Below are positions 52,830-64,000 of a stretch of 64,000 nt of DNA, piece by piece; position 1 is the stretch's first letter, and every line of letters begins with the position of its first letter. Under the pieces are notes generated by a model. The model searched no databases. It was not told the DNA's origin and saw nothing but the letters and a program-made list of their open reading frames with translations. The stretch is taken from positions 17,980,001 to 18,044,000 of the forward strand of contig NC_043022.1 in assembly GCF_006345805.1 (NCBI RefSeq), in the 5' to 3' direction. Origin of the DNA: Octopus sinensis (Eukaryota). Both the position numbers and the translations under genes were made by a program.

Positions 52830-54460
52830 AGCAGGGCCTAGTGACTGTGGTCACATGGTATAGGGGCCGTTTTCAGGGGCTAAATCGCTGTAGTATACAA
52901 CGATATATGCTTGGAGGTCAGAGTAAAAGGACATCTATTGGGACATTTCAGTATCATGCTCTCAGTCGATCAAGGTTGTCTCCTCTTGTCTCTTCCGTAT
53001 GTGCTGACTCAAGAGCCACGACTGCTCAAATTGGAGACTACAGGGGGGGGGGACATCTGGCGTGAAGTAGGATGCAGGAATTAGGCGTCGGCATATGCAG
53101 AAGACGAAATCGCTATATTGTCAGACACGAAGCAGAGCCAAGTAACCGGTCACTAAAGGACGACGAGGCAGTGACAGGAGGCAAAATTAATCAGGTAAAG
53201 TCGGTGAGCCTGTAGCTGGGCACTTGGAGTAGCAGCTCCATATTATAGAGTAGCATCTTGGTGCGCTGGACTGACAGACCAATTAGATTGCTTTGGATCT
53301 GGTTTGGTTCAGATCTCCAGATGGAGAACAGCTGGAACGAAGTGCCGAGCAGAAAGACCAGTCTTACCCAGAAATGTGCAAAGCGAAAGCATCCTCTGAA
53401 AGGTCGGGCAGAGGTGGTGAATGTCTACAGTGCTTTCTTAATTTATTATCTCTTGATCGTCATGCCTTGCCCCAGCTCAGATCTGATCAGACTGCAGTAT
53501 CTGCTCCTCCGCTTTTGGCCAGGCTCTCCACTTACGGTTAACATTAGCTGTGTGAAAGACTGTGTATGCCGTGGCCGATTATGATGAGGCTGCGACATCT
53601 CCAAAGTTTCCTTGAAGAGGTTTAGTAACCATTTGTCAGATACATATTTCCATGGCTCATCTCTTTCACAGAGCTGTAGTCCTGGATCAAGCGCAGACCG
53701 AAGCAGGGAGCCTGGTCCTAAAATGTCATCTGGCACTCACAGCCGTCTCCCAGTCGGGAAATGCGGCTGGTGGAGATGGAAACTGAGGGTTAGTAGCAGA
53801 TGGAAACGATGATATTCTCAGGGATACTCTGGGTATCGATGAAAATCAATTGGCTGATCTATTCCAAAGGACTTTCGGAGCGCGGCCCATGGATAATTTC
53901 CAGAAACCCTTGGCGTAGCGGTGTACTGATAAGATGGAGTATTGTCGGTTCAAGATAAACCGTCCACGCAGAGAAGTGCCGTCAGCCGAGCCTTTCCGAG
54001 ATACACTCGGAGCGACGAAAGTTCTGTAGGCACTCGTTTAGTTTCCGAGTACAGGTAACTTGTGGAGTTATGTCGAGCAACTACCTGTGCGCGTAGGACA
54101 GATCCAACCATCAGATGAGTCTATTGTAAAAATCGTCTCGCTGCGTTCCTTTATCCAGGAAGGGCAGGCGTTGTTTATCTGGCTGGTAGCTTTGACGAAT
54201 GAGGTTGTGTGGTGGACGAAATTGAAAAGGCTGAAGTTCTTATTAACTATTTCAAATTTCAATTGAAAAAGAAAATAAGGATTGGAGAAGGACGAGCTGC
54301 CTTTCAGCAAATACGTTGAAAGATGGATGGGAATGAACGGACTGTATACTGGAGAAGGAGAACGAGCAGGGGCCATATACCTTAGTGGCCAATATGACGG
54401 TAGTTTTGTGAGGACGGGTTTCCACGACTAATCCTCAGAGATCTCCCCGTTTTTGCAGAA
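52830..54460 (+). mobile_element. L1-clade (Tx1-like) LINE relic, RT to C-terminus, degraded
   Basis: Decayed motifs EAVTGGKINQVKS, VRWTDRPIRLLWIWFGSDLQ, LKGRAEVVNVY, MRLRHLQ, VVWWTKLKRL. Confidence 0.75.
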
Positions 54461-54789
54461 TTAGCCTTTGAATTTTTCTATTATTTTCCTTTTGACATGG
54501 TTTTTCAATATATATAACCCCACTCAAGGTGTCGTCCTGCATCGTGTAATCCATCCCGCTCAAAAGATCCCTGAACAAGGGTTGTTTAAGGATGTTGAAC
54601 GAAACACCCATGTTTCCAGAGGTGAATTATTCAAACCCCAAAGAATCCCTCTCAACACATGGCTATGGTGCTCTCCCACTACTTCTGCTCGTGATCAGAG
54701 ATGCCCATATCGTCAGCCATTAAGGGATATGCTCAGCTGGTTAAGGTCAAGCAACTAACCAGCAAATCTGTGGTAATGAGCAGAATATT

Positions 54790-56070
54790 TGCACATGTCT
54801 GTGCATCATTAGCCGAGGCATGTCCAGTCCTCCACTGAGTGGCTGCTGATGGTAGATGGACCGTCTGACGAGCGGAACAAGTTCCTTCCACAGAAACCGG
54901 AAGAGCAAGCGCTCCAAATTGATCAGCCACGAAGCAGCACAACCGACGACGGTCAGGCGATAGTAGATGACGAAAGCGATGCGGCTGAGGCTGCGACATC
55001 TTCAGTGTTTCTTTACGGTGAGCAGGTATGGTCGTCGTTTGTCAGACAAGATTTTCCGCGGTTCCTCTCATCGACGGAACTACAGTTTTGGATTAAGCTT
55101 AGACCGAGAAAGGGCGCTTGGAACCTGGAGTGTTGGTAAGTGCTCACAGCCCACTGCCAGTCAAGCAATGCGTTCGGTGGAAGTTGCGCATTGGAGTTCT
55201 ATGGGGATTGGTGGCGGGCAAGAGCACCGACGTTCTCGAGGAAACTCGGGGCGTAGGAAGGGATCATTTAGCTGGTCTTTTCCGGAGGACTTTTGGGCCG
55301 GGGTTTATGAATAATTTCCAGAAATCCCAGGCCTGGCAGTGTTACTGGTGAGCTCTGCCGGTTCGAGACAAACTCAACAGGCACAGAAGTGCTGTCAGAA
55401 GGGTCTTCCCGATATGTGCGCAGGGTGATGAAAGCATTCTGCATGCATACGTTCAGTGCTCGGCCGCCGTTGCTTGTGGAGCTTTGTCAAACAGCTGTCG
55501 ACGCGTGTAGGACGGATCCGTTTATCAGCCGAGTCCATTGCCAGGATCGCCCCGTCGCCTTCTTTTGGTCACGAAGCACTTCCCTCTCCACTCTCACAGT
55601 TTTCCTCTGACTGGTGGCCATGACGAAAGAGGCAGTGTCGTGGGTGAGGTTGGAAGGACTTGAAGCTAGATGCTTTCCTCTTCGGCCAAGCTCTCAGCGA
55701 CTTTTTCAAGTTCTACTTGAAAAAGAAAGTGAGCGTGGAGAGGGAAGTGCTTCCCCTCACTACTTTCATTAAAAGGTGGGGTGAATGTGGTGAGGATGGC
55801 CCGCGTGAATGGGCCTATTCTGAACATATACTTGTAAGTTGGAGGGACGAGGAGAAAGGTACCTATTGAGGTGCCCTTGACGGTCGGGATGACTAGGAAG
55901 TGTAGGGTTCCTTGATTGGCCTTGGGTGGACTCTCCACTTTTCAGGAATTTTATTGTTGAATTGTTATTATTTTTCGGGTCTACATGTGTTTTAGCTCAA
56001 AGTCCCACTCGTCCCTTGTTTTGTATTGTCCCTTTTTGTTTTGAGTTTAACCCTAATAATCAATAAAGAA
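54790..56070 (+). mobile_element. L1-clade (Tx1-like) LINE 3' end with 5' inversion
   Basis: 54790-54983 encodes IAFVIYYRLTVV...GGLDMPRLMMHRH on the minus strand. 54984 onward encodes LRLRHLQ...QAWQCY...FFKFYLKKKVSVER on the plus strand. Confidence 0.8.
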
Positions 56071-56089
56071 AAGTTTATTATCATTATTA

Positions 56090-56282
56090 TGGTGGCGAGC
56101 TGTTAGAATGGTCAGCGGCATTTCATTCATCTTTAACATTCTGAGTTCAAATTCCGCCGAGGTTGACTTTGCCTTTTATCCTTTTAGGGTCGATAAAATA
56201 AGTACCAGTTGCGCACTGGGGTCGATGTGAACGACTAACCCCTCTCCCGAAATTACTGGACTTTTGTCGAAATTTGAAACCA
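56090..56282 (+). mobile_element. SINE family A copy
   Basis: ggtggcgagctg...ctgagttcaaattccgccgaggttgactttgcc...aagtaccagttgcgcactggggtcgatg. Confidence 0.8.
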
Positions 56283-56589
56283 TTATTATAATTACACATA
56301 CAACACACGAGCCTTTGTTTCCTCGTCCATCCGTTCTTTTACTCATCAATCATTAACTCTTTATGATTTAGGCTTTATAATTGTTTCAGAATTTCCGTCT
56401 TCCATCATCTCTTCTTCTCTTTCCTCCACTAAAAAATCATCATCATCATCATCATCGTCGCCGCTGTCGTCGCTATCATCATCGTCATCATTGACCTCAT
56501 CATATCGTCCAAGTCAGTTTCATTGAATAAAACATTTTTGGCTCGTTTAGAGAATGTTTTTTTACAGCTAAAACAATAAATATTAAGAC

Positions 56590-56778
56590 CGACATTTGTG
56601 GGGAGGGGACTAGTTGATTACATCAACCCCAGTGTTTCGCTGGTGCTTAATTTATCGACCCTGAAAGGATGAAAGGCCAAGTCGACCTCGGCGGAATTTA
56701 AACTCAGAACGTGAAGACGGACGAAATGCCGCTAGGCATTTCGCCCGGCGTGCTAACGATTCTGCCAGCTTTCCGCCT
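56590..56778 (-). mobile_element. SINE family A copy (inverted relative to 56090-56282)
   Basis: Reverse complement of the same consensus. Confidence 0.8.
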
Positions 56779-57454
56779 TAATTTGTAATTAAATATAAAA
56801 CAATTAATGGATACAGTTAACACAATTCGGTGAAACACACACACACACATGGATGCGCACGCACGCACATAGATTATGATTTCGATTAGCCATAACGATA
56901 TTAATAAACAGTTGTTAGAAGATATCTATCTATCTATCTGTCTATCTATTTATATAGACACACACATCTATGTCTGTATATGTGCGTGTGTGTGTATTTG
57001 TGTGTACATATACACACGTATAATGTGTGTGTGTATTCACACACATACATATATATATACATATATATATTATACACACACACATAGATATATACACACA
57101 TATATATGAGGGAGAGAGAGAGAGAAAGAGAGAGGATCGTTATGATTAAACTTCAAAATTTTCCCAATGTTTTTAAGCATTTTATTTCCCCCTTGTTATC
57201 GCTCATTATTCACTGATAGTCATAGGTGGTGATAGTCATTGATTCATCTTCCTTTATTCTTTATTCATTGACGGCCATGTTTCTCATTGAGTGATCTTTT
57301 ATTATTCTTTAATCATTGGCTGCTCTTGCTGTTGGTTTTACCATTGGTTGTTTGTGTTTCACCGATTATTTCTCCTCCGCCCATTGGCTGCTGCTGCCTC
57401 CAAGTTTCACTCGACTGGGCGTTTACAATCTTCCACTGATGATTTCCTTTTCTT

Positions 57455-57456
57455 TT

Positions 57457-57523
<67 letters not shown>

Positions 57524-57616
57524 GTCGTCGTCGTCGTCGTCGTCGTCGTCATCATCATCATCATCATCATTATCATCATCATCATCATCATCATCTTCAT
57601 CATCATCATCATCATG

Positions 57617-57668
<52 letters not shown>

Positions 57669-57700
57669 TATTATTATTATCATCATCATTATCATTATTA
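57455..57700 (+). repeat. compound (ATC)n/(GTC)n/(ATT)n microsatellite
   Basis: Directly visible; followed by family A SINEs at 57707-57925 and 57983-58145. Confidence 0.9.
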
Positions 57701-57936
57701 TTATAAAGGCGGTGAGCTGGCAGAATCGTTGGCACGATGGACGAAATGTTTAGTGGTATTTCGCCCGTCGGTCGGTACGTTCTGAGTTCAAGTTCCGCCG
57801 AGGTTGACTTTACCTTTCATCCTTTCGGGATCGATGAAATAAGTACCAGTTATGCATAGGGGTCGATTTAATCATCTTGCCACCTGATCCCCAAAATTTT
57901 CAAGGCCTTGTGCCTAGAGTAGAAATAATAATAATT

Positions 57937-57969
<33 letters not shown>

Positions 57970-58158
57970 ATTATTATTATTAAAGCAGCGAGCTGGCAGA
58001 ATCGTTAGCACTGGACGAAATGCTTAGCGGTATTTCGCCCGTCGGTACGGTCTGAGTTCAAATAAGTACCAGCTGAACACTGGGGTCGATGTAATCGACT
58101 CATCCCCTCCCCCAAAATTGATGCCCTTGTAGCAAAATTTGAAACCGTTATTATTACA

Positions 58159-58200
<42 letters not shown>

Positions 58201-58364
58201 TTGATAAAAGATTCCCCCATATCTGCAGAATTTATATAGTATCCTCGGGGTGCCACCCAGGGGACTTGAGTAGATAACGGATATGATGTTCTTAATATAT
58301 TTGGTAATTCCATGATGTCGCAAAACGCTGGGACTGAATAAAAAAAATGTACATATGAGTGTAA

Positions 58365-58487
58365 AGGCGTGGTTTAGGGTTCGGTCCCACTGCGTGGCAC
58401 CTTGGGCAAGTCTCTTCTGCTATAGCCTCGAGCCAACCAAAACTTTGTGAGTGGATTTGGTAGACGGAAACTGAAAGTAACCCGTCA

Positions 58488-58557
<70 letters not shown>

Positions 58558-58762
58558 GTGTGTGTGTGTGTGTGTCGCATGCTCGACAACCGATGTAGGT
58601 GTGTTTATATTCCCGTTACCTAGCGATTCGGTAAAAGAAACCGATAGTATAAGTACTAGACTTAAAAATAAAGTGCTGGGGTCCATTCGATCGACTGAAA
58701 ATTTTTCAAGGCGGTGCCCCAGCGGAGTCTAATGACTGAATTAAATAAACGGTAAAAGATCA
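58365..58762 (+). mobile_element. SINE family B copy
   Basis: gttcggtcccactgcgtggcaccttgggcaag...ggcggtgccccagc. Confidence 0.8.
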
Positions 58763-60289
58763 ATGGAATTCCCAGGTAAAATAACCGATTTGGGTTATTT
58801 TTGCGTTTTCTTTTCAGCGTGTTTTCCTATCTTGTCTATGGCTGTCTCTGTTCCTTCCTGTGCTACGCCGAGGGTTCCTGTCTATATAAACGGGTGTCGT
58901 TGTGGCCCACAGCCGGGTGAGCTTTATTCTGTGATGTAGTTTCAGAGTTTGTCGTTTTAATGGAACGTGCCTCGTTGTTTGGCGTTGACTGTTGTTGTGC
59001 TTGCTGTTGATGTTGTTGCTGCTGCTATTGATGTTGTTGCTAGGGGGAAAAATAAATGTAAAATGTGATTTTCAAAAAGAACAATAAAAGATAAACGCAA
59101 TAAGATACTGTGATCAATGTGGGTCTTTTGTGCCACCTTCCTCCTTCCCCCTCCTCACCCCACCCCTCCCTCCTTTCCCCACATCCCTTGCGTTTCTTTT
59201 TTTCTTGAAGAGCTTCAATAGGAATTGGCTGAAAGAGTTCAGGACCCTTATTAGTGAGAACTGTCCAGCCGCCGCCCCTGCCAGTCGCTGAATCTGTGAA
59301 GGAAGTCCCAGTTTCACTCGTCTGACACATGTTTAGCGGATGCAGAAGAAAAAATAAGGAAAAGAATGTGAGGGAAGAAGAGAGGAAAAGACGAAGAAAA
59401 TGATTTGTTCTCCTCTGTTGAATGTTGTTTACGGGTCAATTAATTAAGAAGATCAGTTAATAGTGTTTTAGGGGGAAGAATTAGTAGAGTGGAGAGGTTT
59501 GTCTAAGCACCGTTGAGCAAGATGTGGAGGCGAAAAGTGAACTGGTTAGTCATGTTCCAGGTGACTTATTGCTGTGACACCCACTTGGTTAGTGTGACTC
59601 TGACGTTGGAATTAGTGCTGCTTTTATATTTGTGTTGTTGTATAGTCCTGGATGGGCCCTAACAGGGGTTCTGTGATCCTCGGCCCTTAATCACCAGCTA
59701 TCAATACAACAATCCTCACAGTTATATAATGTCGCTTGTCATACCGAAAATCATAGTACATAACCCTACATGTACAAATGAATGGTGCAGTGTGTCAGGC
59801 TGGTCACGTGGTATGCTCCCTTCTCTGTCCAGTTTGTTTTTTTATCCTTCTAGCTTGTTGTAGTGGTGACCACTATTGAGATGGACAACTCAGAGCCAAG
59901 CAGCCACTGGTCCTCTAACTTTACTGTTGGTAGTGTATATCTCAGCACAGTGTTTGGGTCAAGTGAGGTTATTGATGTTGCAGTTATTTCTGTGTTTGAG
60001 TTTATTATGTTTGTCTGGGCCCAGGAGAATAAACATCAGAAGCTGCGGTTTCGTCCTTTTATAGACTTCAGAGCTAGGCGAAAGGAGATCGCCCCAGAAG
60101 TATTTTGCCGTAGTTGCAGCTCATCAATGCCATCTACTCGTGTCACAAAATTGAATCAGCCTGAAATATGAAGAGGGATAGTGTTTCAACTGTTCGCTGG
60201 TTTGCAATGGCGCCGTATAAGCAGAATAAATTCGAATTAAAAGCAGCTCTATGGTAAAGACTCTATCAATATAACATAATTAAGATATA

Positions 60290-60672
60290 GGTGCAGGCGT
60301 GGGTGTGTGGTAAGAAGCTTGTTGCCGGTCACATGATTCCGGGTTCAGTCCCACTGCGTGTCACCTAGGCTAAGTATCTTCAGCTATAGCCTCGGGCCCA
60401 CTAAAACGCTATGAGTGGATTTGGTAGACGGAAACCGATGGGAACCCGTCGCATATCTGTGTGTGTGTCTGTTTGTCCCCTATCACCACTTGATGACCGG
60501 TGTTGGTGTATTTATGTCCCTGTAACTTAGTGGTTCGGCAGAAGACACCGTTAGAATAAGTATCAGGCTTTAAAAACAATCAGTACTGGCGTCGATTCAT
60601 TCGACTAAAATTTCTTCATGGCGGTGCCCCAGCATGGCCGCAGTCTAATGCCTGAAGCAATTAAAAGATTAA
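60290..60672 (+). mobile_element. SINE family B, full length
   Basis: ggtgcaggcgtgggtgtgtggtaagaagcttg...ggcggtgccccagcatggccgcagtctaatgcctgaagcaattaaaaga; followed by family A SINEs at 60800-61262. Confidence 0.85.
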
Positions 60673-61339
60673 AAAATGTGTAATTGAAAATACGTCTATA
60701 AGGGATTTTCCTGGACAAAAGCTTCAGCCCCTGGTGTTTAAACAATACAATCGACTGGCCCCTACTATGCAATCGACTGGCCCCTACAATACAATCAACT
60801 GCACTGGGGTCGATATAATCGACTTAATCCGTCTGTCTGTCCTTGTTTGTCTCCTCTGTTTTTAGCTCCTTGTGGGTAGTAAAGAAATAGGTATTTCGTC
60901 TGTCTTTATGTTTGAGTTCAAATTCCGCCGGGGTCGACTGTGCCTTTCATCCTTTCGGGATCGATAAAAGAAGTACCAGTTGAGCACTTAATCCCTTCCT
61001 CCAAATTTGAGGCCTTGTGCTTCCAGTAGAAAAGATTATTGATATGAAGGTGTCGAGCTGGCAGAATCGTTAACACGCCGGGCGAAATGCTTAGTAGTAT
61101 TTCGTTTACCGCTACGTTCTGAGTTCAAATTCCGACGAGGTTGACTTTACCTTTCATTCTTTCGGGGTTGATGAAATAAGTATCAGTTAAGCATTGAGGT
61201 CGATGTAATCAACTAGCCCCCCCCCCCCGCCAAATTTTCAATGCCTTGTGCCTAGAGTAGAAATAATAATAATAATAATAATAATAGTAATAATAATGAT
61301 AATAATAATAATAATTATTATTATTGCCTTTGCACAGCT

Positions 61340-62880
61340 TCTAACCCTGGAGATGTACTATCGTTAGTCCGTTCATACATTTCATTTTGCTTCTCTTCAA
61401 GACTAATACACCACACTTTCTCAGTCCGAACTCTATTCTGATATCAACACTGAAGGTATACACCGTATCAACGAGGGAACTGACTTGGGCTTCATCTTTA
61501 CCATAAAGTGTGAGGTCATCCATGAATAACAAATGGTTGACTTTTTGTTGGCGGCTTTTGAATACATACCCAGCTTTTGCTTTTCTCAGAATCAGTGTCA
61601 GTGGTATCAGGCACAGCACAAAGATCAGTGGGGACAGGCAGACCCCTTGGAAGATGCCCCTCCTAATTTCTACTGTCCCTAAACTTCTTCCGTATGCTGT
61701 CAGGTCCGTCCTCCAATTCGACATACTTTTTCCAAGTAATCGCTCAACATTCGATGCAATCCCAAATAATAATAATAATAATAATCGAAATTAAACGGAC
61801 GGAATAAGATTGAAGCTATCAACACCTGGGAGGTTCACTCCTTAGATATGGAGCAGGGGTAATCGCATGGACAGTAGACGAACTAAACAGCTTAGACAGA
61901 AAGACAAGAAAGTTGCTGACTAGATATGGGATACTCCACCCAAAAAGGGACACAGACAAACTGTATGTACCAAGAAAAGGAGGGGGAAGAGGACTGATTG
62001 GATGCGAACACAGCATTAGAGCAGAAGAAAACAACATAGCATGGTGTGTAAAAAATTCCACAGAACCACTATTACTGGAAGTAAGAAGGTCAGGCGTAGG
62101 ATGGAAGATTGCAAAGATAAAGCACTGTCGAAGCACTTGAGGATGAATGAAACTGAAAAAGGTGGATAAGGAAAAGAATGCACGGACAATTTCATAGGGA
62201 TGTTGAAGATAAGACTGACAGAGAAAAAAGATGGCTATGGATGACTAAAGTGATTTAAAACCGGAAACAGGGGCTCTAATCTGTTCTGCCCAAGAGCAAG
62301 CATTAAGAATGAATTACATCAAATTCAGAATAGACAATAGATAAGTGCAGAATCTGTGGACAAAATTATGAAAACGTATGTCATATTACCATTCAATTTA
62401 CACCACTAACCCAGAAAGAATATAAGAGACTTCATGACAATATAGCAAGGATTGTCCACTTTGAATCAAAAAAAGTGGTACGAACATGAACCCGAAGGCA
62501 TCATCGAAAATGATAATGCAAAGATTCTATAGGATTTTATGATTCAGTGCAACCATGAGATAGAGAATAGGAAGCCAGGTATCGTGTTACTGGATCATAG
62601 ATATAGCATGACCAGCTTACAGCAAGGTATGCGATAAGGAAGAAAGAAAAGTCGATAGATATGACAGGTTAGCGTGGGAGGTTAAGCAGTTCTGGTCGAA
62701 GGAAAAGGTGGTAGTAGTACCAATAATTGTCGGAGCCCTGGGAACAGTAAGTAAAAATCTTGAGAAGTACATGGAATAAAAAGGGTCTGCAATAAGGGTG
62801 GACCATTTGCAGAAAACAGCACTGCTTGGAACCGGTCGAATACTCCGTATGGTGCTCTAAAAATAAGAGGTGTTACCTTA
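61340..62880. mobile_element. R4/Dong-like LINE in two opposite-orientation pieces within (AAT)n
   Basis: 61341-61770 minus: IRRGIFQGVCLSPLIF, NHLLFMDDL, FGLRKC (RT). 61790-62880 plus: AINTW..LRYGAG, LYVPRKGGGRGL, RLHDNIARIVH, PIIVGALG (RLE tail). Flanked by (AAT)n on both sides. Confidence 0.85.
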
Positions 62881-62947
62881 GTTCGCTGGTAATGAACAGT
62901 TGGCACCGTAGTACATCTCTAACGTTAGAAGCTCTGCAAAGACAATA

Positions 62948-62996
<49 letters not shown>

Positions 62997-63076
62997 TAAT
63001 AATAATAATAATAATAATAATTATTATTATTATCATTATCATCATCATCATTATTATTATTATTATTATCATTATT

Positions 63077-63109
<33 letters not shown>

Positions 63110-63121
63110 TATTATTATTAT

Positions 63122-63153
<32 letters not shown>

Positions 63154-63678
63154 TGTGCTAAATTTTGCACCTTACAGAAAGGAAATTTCCAAATGTTGAA
63201 AATGTCTCTGAAATTAATTTCAAAATTTCTCCGGAGAGGAGTCGGGTTTACACTACCCTTGTCCCCCTCACCTCAGCTGTAGGGTTTCGCTACTCAAGCT
63301 TGCCTGACACCCCTCCACGACACCATATGATACATCCATAATTTTATTTTACATCCCATTCGTGTAAAAATTGCAACGGCTGCCTCTGTCTGTATGTGTG
63401 AGTGTATGTATGTCTATATCTACGTATGTATGTATGTATGTATGTATGTATGTATGTATGTATGTATGTATGTATGTGTGTGTGTGTATATATATATATA
63501 TATGTATGTATGTATATATGTATGTATATACGTATGTATATATACATATATGTATATATATATATTATATATATATATGTGTGTGTGTGGTGTGTGTGTG
63601 TGTATGTATATATGTATATATATATGTTTGTCTATATGTAACTATATATATGTATTTGTTACGTGTGGTTGCAGTGTT

Positions 63679-63747
<69 letters not shown>

Positions 63748-64000
63748 TTATTTATCAATTTGTGAATGTGTATATAAGTGAGTGGGTGTCCATCTTGCTC
63801 TTATTTTAAAGCCAAATTCCATGGCCCTCCACATCTATTCTTAGCCTTCTGTTGAATTCTTTCACCTCTAAGTTACAGTTTAAACCCCAACCCACCAGCT
63901 ATTACTTATACGCATTATACACATTATACACGCTCTGGCTATTTTCTTTGACATATATTAATGCACCTATGAATATATATACACACACGTGAGTGTGTGT

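Noticed and set aside
57291-57753. Poly-His/Ile/Ser/Met ORFs
   Set aside because: Trinucleotide microsatellite translations.
59040-59330. Protein-like minus-strand ORFs (MCQTSETG..., MKLGLPSQ...)
   Set aside because: No recognisable motif or convincing donor site, and partly purine-rich low complexity; cannot be supported as exons.

Overview
Eukaryotic (animal) genomic DNA that is AT-rich and saturated with microsatellites and transposon relics. The SINE families and repeat landscape suggest an octopus or other coleoid cephalopod; this is inference, not a database match. The only well-supported host gene is NAA80/NAT6, the actin N-terminal acetyltransferase. Its main coding exon is 12533-13380 (+), with two phase-compatible candidate first exons at 3761-3770 and 4600-4621. 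A ~5.8 kb array of a 40-bp unit sits just upstream of the splice acceptor. The rest is mobile DNA: a ~3.6 kb degenerate CR1/L2-group LINE, L1/Tx1, R4/Dong-like and RTE fragments, a Penelope-like relic, two Tc1/mariner relics, a 4.76 kb hAT-type element with a perfect 8-bp TSD, and many SINEs. The most notable structure not captured by ORFs: two minimal hammerhead-ribozyme motifs in short Penelope-type elements, at least seven long foldback/palindromic elements, a clean 5'-inverted (twin-priming-like) Tx1 insertion, and a LINE whose 3' tail is shared with the dominant SINE family. Most ORFs in the supplied track are microsatellite artefacts. Relic boundaries are approximate and all alignments were made by eye.
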